A stretch of 64,000 nucleotides of DNA from an uncultured Methanosarcinales archaeon. Its GTDB lineage: Archaea > Nanobdellota > Nanobdellia > Woesearchaeales > GW2011-AR4. The DNA lies in assembly GCA_964650285.1 (NCBI GenBank), contig CAZYSP010000003.1:6364-70363 (forward strand). Reading direction: 5' to 3'. The position numbers and the translations under genes are program-made. The notes under the pieces are model-generated. The model had not been told where the DNA came from. It saw only the letters and a list, made by a program, of their open reading frames with translations, and did not search any database. Of this stretch, positions 1 to 9,926 are shown one piece after another; the stretch's first letter is position 1, and every line of letters starts with the position of its first letter.

Positions 1-2
1 CA

Positions 3-941
3 GCAAATTATGCACTTAGAGATGCTGATTTTATTCTTGCGATTGGAAGCAGGTTCGATGATAGAGTTGCTGTAAAGGATTTTGGAAAAGGAAAAGTAAT
101 TGCACATGTTGATTTAGATGAAGCAGAGTTAAACAAGAGAGTAAATACAAATCATGCTCTTAATGCAAATGCTAAAGATTTTTTAATATATGCTTTAAAT
201 TATAACTCAAATAGTACTAATGATACTTCAGAATGGCTTAAAACAATTAACCAGTGGAAAAAGAATTTTCCTTTAAGGTACTCAAATGATGGGAAAAGCA
301 TAAAGCCTCAATATGTAATTCAACAAATATCTGAGTTAGCAAATGGGGATGCAGTAGTCACTACAGGAGTTGGCCAACACCAAATGTGGGCTGCTCAATT
401 TTATAGTTTTAAATATCCAAGGCAATGGATAAGTTCAGGAGGTTTAGGAACAATGGGTTTTGGGCTTCCTGCTGCAATAGGAGCATACTTTGCTGATCCA
501 TCCAAGCAGATTATATGTATAGACGGAGATGGCAGTTTCCAGATGAACATACAGGAACTAGCTACAATAAATGAACATAATATTCCAATAAAAGTTTTTA
601 TAATTAACAATGGCTATTTAGGCATGGTAAGGCAATGGGAAGATGAATTTAATGATGGCTACCATAGTGAAACTTGTTTAAGTCGAAAAACTGATTGTAA
701 ACCTGTATGTTTATCTGATGGAAATGAATGTCAAAACAATAATCCTAACTTTCCAGGATTAAGTTATGTTTATCCAGGCATCAGTACATTAAGAATAACA
801 AAAAAAGATAAAGTAAGGGAAGGAATATTAGAAGCTTTACAGTCGCCTGGACCTTATCTAGTAGATATATGGACAAACAAAAGAGAAAATGTAAAACCAA
901 TGATTCCCCCCGGAAAAACACTTAATGATATAATCAAGTAA
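3..941 (+). CDS. ilvB: acetolactate synthase large subunit, C-terminal part (5' end outside the window)
   Basis: Frame 3 is open from base 3. QHQMWAAQ...SSGGLGTMGFGLPAAIGA and a GDG(x)24N thiamine-diphosphate motif match IlvB/IlvG. The C-terminal region has a Cys-rich insertion (ETCLSRKTDCKPVCLSDGNEC). Confidence 0.75.
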   Translation, partial: ANYALRDADFILAIGSRFDDRVAVKDFGKGKVIAHVDLDEAELNKRVNTNHALNANAKDFLIYALNYNSNSTNDTSEWLKTINQWKKNFPLRYSNDGKSIKPQYVIQQISELANGDAVVTTGVGQHQMWAAQFYSFKYPRQWISSGGLGTMGFGLPAAIGAYFADPSKQIICIDGDGSFQMNIQELATINEHNIPIKVFIINNGYLGMVRQWEDEFNDGYHSETCLSRKTDCKPVCLSDGNECQNNNPNFPGLSYVYPGISTLRITKKDKVREGILEALQSPGPYLVDIWTNKRENVKPMIPPGKTLNDIIK

Positions 942-989
942 AAAACTTTAAAAACTTTAACTATTCTTTATTTCTAAAACTAAAAAAAG

Positions 990-1868
990 GTGGTTGTTAT
1001 ATTAATTTGTGGTATTGATGAAGCAGGCCGCGGTCCAGTTATAGGGCCTTTAGTGATGTGCGGTTTGCTGGTAAAAGAGGATGATGAAAAAGAATTAGTT
1101 AAATTGGAGGTTAAAGATTCCAAGTTATTGACCAAGGCAAAAAGAGAGTTTTTGTTTGATAAAATAAAAGATATTTCTTACAAATCTGAGATTATTGTAA
1201 TATATCCGGATGAAATAGACCATGCTGTTAATAATCATAATGGCTTAAATTTAAACAGATTAGAAGCAAGAAAATCAGCAGAGATAATTAATCTGTTGAA
1301 TCCTGATAAGGTAATTATAGATGCGCCAAGCAATAACATAGGAAGTTATAAAAATTATTTAATGGGATTTATAAAAAATAAAAAAATTAAATTGGTTCTT
1401 GAGCATAAAGCTGATTTAAATTATCCTATTGTAAGTGCTGCCTCGATTCTTGCAAAAGTAACAAGAGATGCAGAGATTGAGAAAATAAAGAAGAAAATAA
1501 AGATAGATTTTGGTTCTGGTTATATGACAGACCCTAAAACAACAGAATTTTTAGAAAAAAATTATGAAAAATACCCTGATTTATTCAGAAAAAGCTGGTT
1601 TCCTTATCAAGATGTTTTGAATAAAAAATTCCAGAAAAAACTAGAAGATTTTTCACAATTTATAGAGAAAGTTGAACATAAAAATAAGAATGTTATTGAA
1701 AAATTAAAAAAGCTGCAGGACTTTGGATATAAATTTGTTCCAACATCAACAGAGCATGAGCATGTAAGGATGAAAGGCCCCTGCACTATAACTTTGTATA
1801 ACAACGGCAAATTGTTGGTGCAGGGCAAAGAAGAGCATAAGAAATTAATTGAGAAGATGGTTTCTTAA
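990..1868 (+). CDS. rnhB: ribonuclease HII with a ~70-aa C-terminal extension
   Basis: GIDEAGRGPVIGPLV active-site motif. Body is collinear with RNase HII. Extra C-terminal domain of unknown function. Confidence 0.8.
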   Translation: MVVILICGIDEAGRGPVIGPLVMCGLLVKEDDEKELVKLEVKDSKLLTKAKREFLFDKIKDISYKSEIIVIYPDEIDHAVNNHNGLNLNRLEARKSAEIINLLNPDKVIIDAPSNNIGSYKNYLMGFIKNKKIKLVLEHKADLNYPIVSAASILAKVTRDAEIEKIKKKIKIDFGSGYMTDPKTTEFLEKNYEKYPDLFRKSWFPYQDVLNKKFQKKLEDFSQFIEKVEHKNKNVIEKLKKLQDFGYKFVPTSTEHEHVRMKGPCTITLYNNGKLLVQGKEEHKKLIEKMVS

Positions 1869-1983
1869 ATTAAAACTCAATTTCAATATAAAAACCCCGC
1901 GAAAAACATCCATTTTCCTGGGCTTTGAAAACCAAAGCTTTTTCAAAACCTTTAAATATTACTAAGATGTGGGTTTTATTACT

Positions 1984-4900
1984 ATGTACGGACAAGAGCA
2001 GGTTGCAGTAGAAGCGCAAAAAGAGACAAAGATAAACAAGATTGTAATGAGTGGTTTCAAGAGTTTTGCCAAGCATACTGAGATTTTCTTTAATAGCAAT
2101 TTCAATTGTATTTTGGGGCCAAATGGCGCTGGAAAAAGCAATATACTGGATGCTTTGTGCTTTGTTTTGGGAAAAAGCTCTTCAAAATCATTAAGGGCAG
2201 AAAGAGCAGCTAATTTAATCTATAACGGTGGTAAATTAAAAAAACCAGCTAAGCAGGGAGAAGTTTCAATTTTCTTTGACAATAACAAAAAAACATTTCC
2301 TACAGAAGATAATGAGGTTAAGATTACAAGAATTGTAAGGCAAAGCGGCCAGTCAGTTTACAAGATAAATGATGAAACCAGAACAAGGCAGGAAATTCTT
2401 GATTTACTATCAATTGCAAAGATAAACCCTGATGGCTATAATATAATCTTACAGGGAGATATAGTAAAATTTGTGGAGATGCATCCTGACCAAAGACGCG
2501 AACTTATTGGAGAAATTGCAGGCATTTCTGTTTACGAGGAAAAAAAACATAAGGCCTTGTTGGAACTGCAGAAGGTTGATGAAAGTCTCAGAGAAACAGG
2601 AATAGTGCTTACCGAAAGGAATACATATCTAAAAGAGCTTAAGAAAGACCGCGACCAAGCGTTAAAATACAGGGATATGAACGACAGAATAAAGCAAAAC
2701 AAAGCTTCTTACTTAAAACTGCAAATTGATAGGAAACAAAAAGAAAAAAATGAGCAACAGAAAAAACTGGAAGAGACAAACAATGAATTAGCCAGAATAA
2801 ATGAAAAAATTGAGAATTTAAAGAAGCTTAATGAGGAAAAAAGAGCCAAAATTGATGAAATAACCAAAGAAATAGAAGAAAAAGGCAATGTAGGGCAGAT
2901 AAAGCTGAATAAGGGAGTGGAAGAATTAAAGATAGACATTACTAAAAAAAATTCCAGGATAGACACAATAAAAAATGAGCTAAACAAAATAACCAATAGA
3001 AAGAATGACTTGCAGAACAGCATCAAGGAAACACAGGATAAGATAAAAGAGCTGGAAACAGAAAAAGAGAACATGCAGAATGAGATTTCTTCTAAAGAGA
3101 GAGAAAGAATTCTTATAACAAAAAAGACAAAGGATTTCAGGGAAAAAAATAAGCTTGACAATATTGGTGAGATAGAGAAACAGGTTGAGGATATAGATAA
3201 AAAATCAGAAGAGCTGCAAAAGGAAGTGCAGTCAGCCCGCGAACAACAACATAATCTGATAAGGGAAAAAGACAAAATAGTTCATGAAATCAGCACTATA
3301 GATGTACAGATAAATAAAGTTCTTGATATAGAAAAAGAAAACAAAAAAAGAGTTGAGGAAGTAAAAAACAAAAGAAACGAATTCAAAAAATCAACCTTGG
3401 AGCTTAACAAAAAGCTGGAAGAGGATTCATCTTCAGCTGCTCAATTATCAAATGCAAGAAAGAATATATTTAATGCAAATGAGGAGCTTGCAAAATTAAA
3501 GGCAAGGCAACTAGGGACAAGGGAATTGAGCTATGGAGAGATAGCAATCAAAAGAATACTGGACCTTAAAAAATCAGGTATTTACGGGACAGTTGCAGAA
3601 CTAGGCAATGTCAAATCAACATATGCTTTGGCTTTGGAAATTGCCGCTGGAGCAAAGCTGAAAGGTGTTGTTGTAGAGGATGATAAGACATCTTCAGAGT
3701 GTATTAAATATCTGAAAGAAAACAAGTTAGGAGTTGTGACTTTCTTTCCGTTAAATAAAATCAAGTCAAATCCTGCCAAGGTAGAAATAAAAAAGATTTC
3801 CAGGTCAAAAGGAAGCCACGGACTGGCCATAGACCTGATATCCTTTGATGCTAAATTCAAAAAAATCTTTGAATATGTTTTTGCAGACACGCTTGTAGTG
3901 GACAATATAGATGTCGCAAGAAGGCTTGGAATTGGAAGTGCAAAATATGTTACATTAGATGGTGACCTAGCAGAGAAAAGCGGGGCAATGCGTGGTGGCT
4001 TCAGACTAAAAAGAAAGCACAGCATGGGCTTTAAAGAGCAAGATGTTGTCAAGGAAATTGATAAATATGAAAATGAACTCAAAGATCTGAAAAACACAAT
4101 AGATATTCTGGAAAAAACAAGAATTGAAAATGAGGAATTAATAGCAAACTTAAGGATCAAAAAGGCAAAATTAGAAGGGGAAATAATAAAGACAGAAAAG
4201 TCCTTACATCTTGAGGCAACCGACCTTGAAGCATCAGAACAGAAAAAAGCATCTCTCATGGAGCAGGAAAAAGAAGCTGGCCAAAAAATAAAGCTTGTTG
4301 AGGAAAAAGTTGCTTCTTTAAATAATGAGCTTGCAACAATAAAAACAGAAAAGCAAAAATTAAGAGCTAACATATCGCAATTAAGCAATCCCACACTGCT
4401 TGCAGAGCTGAATGCATTTGAAGAAAAACTAAAAGAGTTGGATGAGGATGTAATAAGGATTGACTCTGAGATAAAAAATATAGATGACCAGGCAGAAAAC
4501 ATATATAAAAGCGAGTTGGGAAAGACGGATAAGATAATAAAGCAGCTTGAGAAAGATGATGAGGAGTTTAACAATGAGTTGAAAAATCTGACAGAAATAG
4601 TAAAAGATAAAAACAATGAATTAAAGAAAAAGGAAGACCTGGCTCAGGATTTCTATGCAAAGTTTAAAGGTCTATTCCATAAAAGGGATGAAATAGACAA
4701 AGAAATACAAAGAAACCAGGCAACAATGAACAACAGGCAGGATGACAGCAGAAAGGTTGAGGTCAGGGCCAATACCTTATCATTGAAATTGGCAGAGATA
4801 GAATCAGTACTTTCTGGATTGAATTTGGAATTCCAGCAATATGAAGGAGTTAAATTAGACTTAAGCAAAAATGAAGACCAGCTCAAATATGAAATAAAAA

Positions 4901-5514
4901 AATTTGAAAATATGAGAGAACAGATAGGTTCTGTAAATATGAGGGCTCTTGAAATATATGAAGATGTTGAAAAGCAATATAATGAGCTGGTTGGAAAGAA
5001 AGACAATCTGGGTAAGGAAAAAGAAGATGTACTTAAAATGATGAATGAAATAGAAGGTAAGAAAAAAGATCTGTTTATGAAAGTATTTGAAGTTGTTAAT
5101 GGAAACTTTAAGAAATTCTTTTCAATGCTAACTACAAAAGGTGAGGCAAATTTAATCATTGAGAATGAGGAAAATCCTTTTGAGGCTGGATTAAGGATTA
5201 ATGTTAAAATAACCGGCAGCAAGTTCCTTGACATAAGAAGCTTATCTGGAGGTGAAAAAACTCTGACCGCATTAGCATTTATCTTTGCAATCCAGGAGCA
5301 TGAGCCAGCTTCATTCTATATTTTAGATGAGGTAGATGCTGCTCTTGACAAGCATAATTCAGAGAAATTTGCTAAATTAATAAGGAAATATTCAGATAAT
5401 GCACAATATGTGACAATGAGCCATAACGATGCAGTAATATCAGAAGCAGACAGTCTTTATGGGATTTCAATGAACGAGCAGGGGATAAGCCAGGTTGTTA
5501 GTTTGAAGATATAA
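1984..5514 (+). CDS. smc: chromosome segregation protein SMC
   Basis: Walker A GPNGAGKSN. Long K/E-rich coiled coils with a central hinge. Signature LSGGEKTLTALAF and Walker B ILDEVDAALD. ATG at 1984 is preferred over GTG at 1969. Confidence 0.85.
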   Translation: MYGQEQVAVEAQKETKINKIVMSGFKSFAKHTEIFFNSNFNCILGPNGAGKSNILDALCFVLGKSSSKSLRAERAANLIYNGGKLKKPAKQGEVSIFFDNNKKTFPTEDNEVKITRIVRQSGQSVYKINDETRTRQEILDLLSIAKINPDGYNIILQGDIVKFVEMHPDQRRELIGEIAGISVYEEKKHKALLELQKVDESLRETGIVLTERNTYLKELKKDRDQALKYRDMNDRIKQNKASYLKLQIDRKQKEKNEQQKKLEETNNELARINEKIENLKKLNEEKRAKIDEITKEIEEKGNVGQIKLNKGVEELKIDITKKNSRIDTIKNELNKITNRKNDLQNSIKETQDKIKELETEKENMQNEISSKERERILITKKTKDFREKNKLDNIGEIEKQVEDIDKKSEELQKEVQSAREQQHNLIREKDKIVHEISTIDVQINKVLDIEKENKKRVEEVKNKRNEFKKSTLELNKKLEEDSSSAAQLSNARKNIFNANEELAKLKARQLGTRELSYGEIAIKRILDLKKSGIYGTVAELGNVKSTYALALEIAAGAKLKGVVVEDDKTSSECIKYLKENKLGVVTFFPLNKIKSNPAKVEIKKISRSKGSHGLAIDLISFDAKFKKIFEYVFADTLVVDNIDVARRLGIGSAKYVTLDGDLAEKSGAMRGGFRLKRKHSMGFKEQDVVKEIDKYENELKDLKNTIDILEKTRIENEELIANLRIKKAKLEGEIIKTEKSLHLEATDLEASEQKKASLMEQEKEAGQKIKLVEEKVASLNNELATIKTEKQKLRANISQLSNPTLLAELNAFEEKLKELDEDVIRIDSEIKNIDDQAENIYKSELGKTDKIIKQLEKDDEEFNNELKNLTEIVKDKNNELKKKEDLAQDFYAKFKGLFHKRDEIDKEIQRNQATMNNRQDDSRKVEVRANTLSLKLAEIESVLSGLNLEFQQYEGVKLDLSKNEDQLKYEIKKFENMREQIGSVNMRALEIYEDVEKQYNELVGKKDNLGKEKEDVLKMMNEIEGKKKDLFMKVFEVVNGNFKKFFSMLTTKGEANLIIENEENPFEAGLRINVKITGSKFLDIRSLSGGEKTLTALAFIFAIQEHEPASFYILDEVDAALDKHNSEKFAKLIRKYSDNAQYVTMSHNDAVISEADSLYGISMNEQGISQVVSLKI

Positions 5515-5564
5515 GTGTGAAGATTTCAAATAGTGTTCTTTGCAGTCTGATGGAACTCTAATAA

Positions 5565-6614
5565 TTAATGTGTTTTTAATTTGGCAATTGTTTTCTCCAG
5601 TTCATTAAATAAACGGGAATTGCCTTCTTTCTTGTATTTATTTAAGTTATCCCTGTACATATTGATATTAGATAAAAATTTTCTGAAGACATGTTTACTT
5701 ATCCTCTTTGAAAATAGTCCATAGCCAAATTTCTTTAAGTAAAGTGCATTTGCTATTTGTTCAAACTGCTTACCTAGGGGTATGGAAAGTATTGGTTTAT
5801 TCAAATACAAAGCTTCTCCTATCAGTGAAAAACCGCCGTTTGTAATAACTGCTTTACAGTCTTTCAAATCATTAAAGAACTCTTTTTCATTAAACTTTTT
5901 ATAAATTATATTATGGTCCCTTGCCTTGTCTTTTATAGAGTAAACGATAAAATTTTCATCAATTTTTTTCAGGGTAGATATCAACCTAATATTAGGTTTA
6001 GATATTTGGTAAACAAGTATGTGGTCTTTGATAGATGGTTTTAAGCTTAGAATTTCTTTTCTTAATATTGGCGGGAAGAGATGGACATTCTTTTCTTTTG
6101 TAGGAGGGTAAAAGAAAGTCGTAAGGAAAAAATAATCTGCCTTTCTTGTTATTACATTAGCTATAAGCTTGCTAACCAAGAAATCTTTTACGTACCTCTT
6201 CGGGATGCTTACTTTTGTTTTGCTTGTTATATGATTGTTGTCGATCACAATCAAAGGCAACTTATGTTTCTTAGCCAAGAAAGAGGAAAAATATTCAAAA
6301 TCTGATATAACTACATCTGGCTTAAAATCCCTTATGATATCTTCTACTATTTTTATTGAACGTCTTCTACCTCTTTTGAGATGTTTTATATTGTAGATTA
6401 TTGTTTTTATGTTGGAAACCTTGTTCCTAAGGTACATCAACCTTAAGGCGCGTATCTTCTCTATATCCTTTATCTTTATCGACAAGAAGTCATAGGCGTT
6501 ATCACCGCATACCACCTTTACCTTGTGTTTTTTCATCAATTCTTTTATCACTACCCAACTTCTAGTAGCATGACCCATTCCCTCTCCTGCAACACCATAG
6601 AGAATTTTTACCAT
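5565..6614 (-). CDS. GT-B fold glycosyltransferase (MurG/UGT-like, GT1/GT28)
   Basis: N-terminal G-rich loop YGVAGEGMGHATR is typical of GT-B UDP-sugar transferases. Length 349 aa. Confidence 0.5.
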   Translation of the reverse strand: MVKILYGVAGEGMGHATRSWVVIKELMKKHKVKVVCGDNAYDFLSIKIKDIEKIRALRLMYLRNKVSNIKTIIYNIKHLKRGRRRSIKIVEDIIRDFKPDVVISDFEYFSSFLAKKHKLPLIVIDNNHITSKTKVSIPKRYVKDFLVSKLIANVITRKADYFFLTTFFYPPTKEKNVHLFPPILRKEILSLKPSIKDHILVYQISKPNIRLISTLKKIDENFIVYSIKDKARDHNIIYKKFNEKEFFNDLKDCKAVITNGGFSLIGEALYLNKPILSIPLGKQFEQIANALYLKKFGYGLFSKRISKHVFRKFLSNINMYRDNLNKYKKEGNSRLFNELEKTIAKLKTH

Positions 6615-6655
6615 TATAAAAAATAATTAATCCCAATATATAAAATTAATTAAAA

Positions 6656-6796
6656 TGCGTCGGCCGGGACTTTCACCAATCTTTCCGAAGGAAAGCCTGA
6701 TTTTGGTCAAGCTTTTGCGCGTAAGCGGAAAAGATTGTTTTGAACCCGGATAGCGGGCTTGGAAGGCCCGAGTCATAGCCATTAGACCACCGACGC
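6656..6796 (-). tRNA. tRNA-Gly(UCC) with a 69-nt intron at T-loop position 59/60
   Basis: Minus strand: acceptor GCGTCGG/CCGACGC. D-arm GTCT-AATGGCTA-TGAC. Anticodon arm CGGGC-CTTCCAA-GCCCG. T-stem CCGGG + TTCAAA | intron | T + CCCGG, discriminator A. Intron ends pair (CAATCTTT/AAAGATTG) and it contains a UUCG hairpin. Confidence 0.65.
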
Positions 6797-7028
6797 ATTA
6801 AAAGTTTAAGATTGGTATTATATTTATAAATTTAATTATTTAGGGTCTGCGCCAGAGCGGACTTTAGGCAAAATACTAATTTTTATTGTAGTCGTTGCTT
6901 TATATTTCCCACCCGCCTCCCCCTAAATTAGGCACAGACCTATTTCTTAAACATAATCTATTTTGCCTATAAAATACCGAAATCCTTAAATAATGCTATA
7001 TACCTATAAGGTTATTTGGGGGTGTTAG

Positions 7029-7493
7029 ATGGACATAGAAGGTCCTATTTATAAGAATCTTATTTCTCATATTGATATTGACAGGAGTATAAACTCTATT
7101 GAATACATTAATTCCAGAGACATTAACAGTGAATTTACTTTTAAAGAATTTATCAATGATATAAACCCGAATAATGATGCAATAGAGTTGAACTTAATAA
7201 AAAATAGGGCTTACAAGGAAGCTGTTATTATGTCTTTAAACATAGATATAAGGAAAAATGACCTTTTGGTGGAGATGCTCAGAAGCGAGCAGAAAACATT
7301 CGGAGGCAGCAAGTTGTTTTATCTGAATGCTGCATTTGACAGGCTTCTTGTCATTTCAGTTTCCAGGAATCTGGAAGGAAAGCTCAATATGGTAATTAAC
7401 AGGCTAAACAAGATAAACGAGAAGATAAGCAGGCTTAATGCCAGAATAAAAAAAGAGAATTTGGAAATCTATATGAAAAGATATTGTAGTTAA
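7029..7493 (+). CDS. hypothetical protein (154 aa)
   Basis: ORF with GGTG-like ribosome-binding site (gggggtg) just upstream. No recognisable motifs. Confidence 0.4.
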   Translation: MDIEGPIYKNLISHIDIDRSINSIEYINSRDINSEFTFKEFINDINPNNDAIELNLIKNRAYKEAVIMSLNIDIRKNDLLVEMLRSEQKTFGGSKLFYLNAAFDRLLVISVSRNLEGKLNMVINRLNKINEKISRLNARIKKENLEIYMKRYCS

Positions 7494-7517
7494 TATAATA
7501 AACAGGAATTTGAAAGT

Positions 7518-8543
7518 TTAGCTTATACTCTCCCTCATCCTCTCAACAAACTCCTTGAAATCCCTTTCTTTAACATTTGCGCCGCATGCAAATTCATGAC
7601 CGCCACCGTAGCCTTCAAGGCCGGCTAATGATTTTTCCAGGATAGGGGGTATTAAAGTGTTTTTGCTCCTTATACTCATCCTGACATCATCGTCTTTCTT
7701 TCTTCCTACAATAATTATTCTCTTAGGGAATTTGTATAATAACTCATTTGATAAATCGCTAGTAAAGCTCATCTTATCATCTGCATAAGTAAAAACAAGA
7801 AGCTTTTCCCTGCCAGCTTCTTTTAGTGCGCTTTTTAATAAGCTGTCATATAACGTATTTATCTTTTCATACCTCTGGAATATAAACTTGCCTTTTGAAG
7901 TTTCCTGGTTAAGAATTTCATAAGGGCTCTCTATTCTTGTCAGGACCTTCATGCTCTTCATAATACCGCTTGTTTTTCCTTTAAGAGAGAATGAAAAAAT
8001 CTTTATGAGTTTTCCTAATTTAGTTTTGAAATAAATCTCTTCTACTAATTTTTCATTGTTCATTAAATCAGGATAAGTTTTTTTAAATTCATCAACAAAA
8101 TCAGGCATATAATAATCAGCAACACATCCCAGCATTGCAATCCATAAATCCTGCTGGGTAACTTTATAGCACATGTATGTTGTAGGTATATTTTCATCTT
8201 TTTTAGCCAGCCTTGGGTTAAAATATTTTACATTATGCCTTTCATACGGCCCATGATGGTCTATCCATATCAATGGAACCTTGCATTCATCTATGAAATC
8301 CTGCTCAAGCTTTGCAACATCAAGAACAAAAACCTTGTCAGCATCATACTGCTCTATTTTCGGTACAGACCTTGCATCAAGTTTTGGGTGCGTTTTTACG
8401 ACAAAGCCATGGCCTTCTTTTTTATATCTATATAACAACAGAAATGCACACAACCCATCAGGATCATCATCAAAAAAGAATAATGGATTCTGGCAATTAT
8501 CTAATTCTTCTTTTATTTGTTGATATTGTTTTTCTGTTAGCAT
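7518..8543 (-). CDS. DHH/DHHA1 family phosphoesterase (NrnA/RecJ-like)
   Basis: DHH motif (LIWIDHHGP) and DHHA1 motif GGGHEFACGA. Confidence 0.65.
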   Translation of the reverse strand: MLTEKQYQQIKEELDNCQNPLFFFDDDPDGLCAFLLLYRYKKEGHGFVVKTHPKLDARSVPKIEQYDADKVFVLDVAKLEQDFIDECKVPLIWIDHHGPYERHNVKYFNPRLAKKDENIPTTYMCYKVTQQDLWIAMLGCVADYYMPDFVDEFKKTYPDLMNNEKLVEEIYFKTKLGKLIKIFSFSLKGKTSGIMKSMKVLTRIESPYEILNQETSKGKFIFQRYEKINTLYDSLLKSALKEAGREKLLVFTYADDKMSFTSDLSNELLYKFPKRIIIVGRKKDDDVRMSIRSKNTLIPPILEKSLAGLEGYGGGHEFACGANVKERDFKEFVERMRESIS

Positions 8544-8558
8544 TTTGGTTAAGGAAAT

Positions 8559-9833
8559 GTGCTTGTTTATAAATGTTGCATTACAGTTAATTCAAAACCT
8601 TTAAATTTAACCAAATTCTTTGCCATGATTATGCGCCTTCCAAAATCTAAGCATCCATTATTTAATTGTGGAAATCCTAATTGTGCTATATGCAATAAGG
8701 CTTATTCCAGGTTAAAAATACAGAATAAAATAATAAAAAAGGATTTTGAAAGCGAGGCTGTTGCTCCTTTTGTTGGAAGGTTTAACTATCCAAATATTAA
8801 TGTTGGAATTTTAGCTCCACCTAATGAGGATGAGAATTCATGGCTATATGATGCTCCAAAATACTGGGCTGTCCATAATTTTCAGATTCCAAAAATAATT
8901 GATTTTAGGTCTTCTTTAATAAACTCGAGCTTCAAAGCCGATATAAGACAAAGAAATAAATTTCTTGAACTAAGCCAGGAAACAGCAATGGCTTCTGATC
9001 CAACAGATATTGAAATCAATTTGCAAGAAAAACCAAGCTTTAGGTTAAATGTTGACAATTTTGCTGCTCCTACTGGCCCAAATGCAAAGTTAAAGCACGC
9101 AAAATTAACTTCCAATCCCAAAATCCATACTAAAGTGCAGAAGGTTTATTATGATACTGATTTAAAAGCAAACGACGCTATAATTTATTTATATAAAAAT
9201 AGGTTTGATGAAAATTTTCTGTCAAGAATTTTAAGTGTTGGTAATGTTGGTGTGGGCAAAAATAGAAAGCTTGTACCAACAAGATGGTCTATTACAGCAA
9301 CTGATGATTTACTGGGAAAACATTTGACCAATGAAATAAAAAAATATAATGAAACAAACTATACAGCTTTTTTTAGTTCTTATTTAGGAAATTATTACTT
9401 AATTTTGTGTTTTCCAGAAGTTTGGAGCTATGAATTATTTGAGATGCATGTTTCCAATCCAAATAATTTTATGACTGATTACGAGCCTTATGAAGGAAGA
9501 AAGTATTATGCAGAAGAAACAGCTGGTGGCTATTACACTGTAAGGCTTGCTATTCTGGAAAAATTGAATGAAATAAAAAAACAAAGTAGTATCTTGGCTT
9601 TGAGATTCATTACTGGTGATTATACATTGCCATTAGGTGTTTGGGTTACCAGGGAAAGTGCAAGAAAAGCCATGAGTGCAAAACCAATTCATTTTTCTTC
9701 AAAAGAGTTGATGTTAGAATATGCAAAGAAATTAGTTAAGAAAAAGTTTAATTTTGATTTGGATAATATATTAAAAAAGAGTGTTCTTTTAAGGAATATG
9801 AAAGAGCAGTCTAAATTAGTTAGATTTCTATAG
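8559..9833 (+). CDS. zinc-ribbon protein, possibly NreA-like DNA repair factor, with a C-terminal PIP-box-like motif
   Basis: N-terminal CGNPNC-AICNK zinc ribbon. Extreme C-terminus QSKLVRFL fits the PCNA-interacting Qxx[LIM]xxF[FYL] pattern. True start is probably an internal Met near 8625. Confidence 0.4.
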   Translation: MLVYKCCITVNSKPLNLTKFFAMIMRLPKSKHPLFNCGNPNCAICNKAYSRLKIQNKIIKKDFESEAVAPFVGRFNYPNINVGILAPPNEDENSWLYDAPKYWAVHNFQIPKIIDFRSSLINSSFKADIRQRNKFLELSQETAMASDPTDIEINLQEKPSFRLNVDNFAAPTGPNAKLKHAKLTSNPKIHTKVQKVYYDTDLKANDAIIYLYKNRFDENFLSRILSVGNVGVGKNRKLVPTRWSITATDDLLGKHLTNEIKKYNETNYTAFFSSYLGNYYLILCFPEVWSYELFEMHVSNPNNFMTDYEPYEGRKYYAEETAGGYYTVRLAILEKLNEIKKQSSILALRFITGDYTLPLGVWVTRESARKAMSAKPIHFSSKELMLEYAKKLVKKKFNFDLDNILKKSVLLRNMKEQSKLVRFL

Positions 9834-9926
9834 GTATTTAAGTTTCCAAAACATTTATATATATAAACATATATTAATATACGAAATAGTATACTGAGTA
9901 TAAGGAAAAAGAGGTTCAAGTTAGTT

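Noticed and set aside
1969-1983. GTG start for smc at 1969
   Set aside because: The ATG at 1984 is in frame 15 nt downstream. Conserved SMC N-terminal beta-strand (KINKIVMSGFKSF) lies well downstream of both, so the ATG is preferred. The GTG cannot be excluded.
2709-5234. Three long minus-strand ORFs (2709-3275, 3582-4616, 4653-5234) antisense to smc
   Set aside because: They are Ser/Phe/Leu-rich low-complexity translations of the reverse strand of K/E-rich coiled-coil codons and lie inside a well-supported SMC gene.
8235-8572. Three short plus-strand ORFs overlapping the DHH phosphoesterase gene
   Set aside because: They are antisense or overlapping frames inside a gene with clear DHH/DHHA1 motifs.
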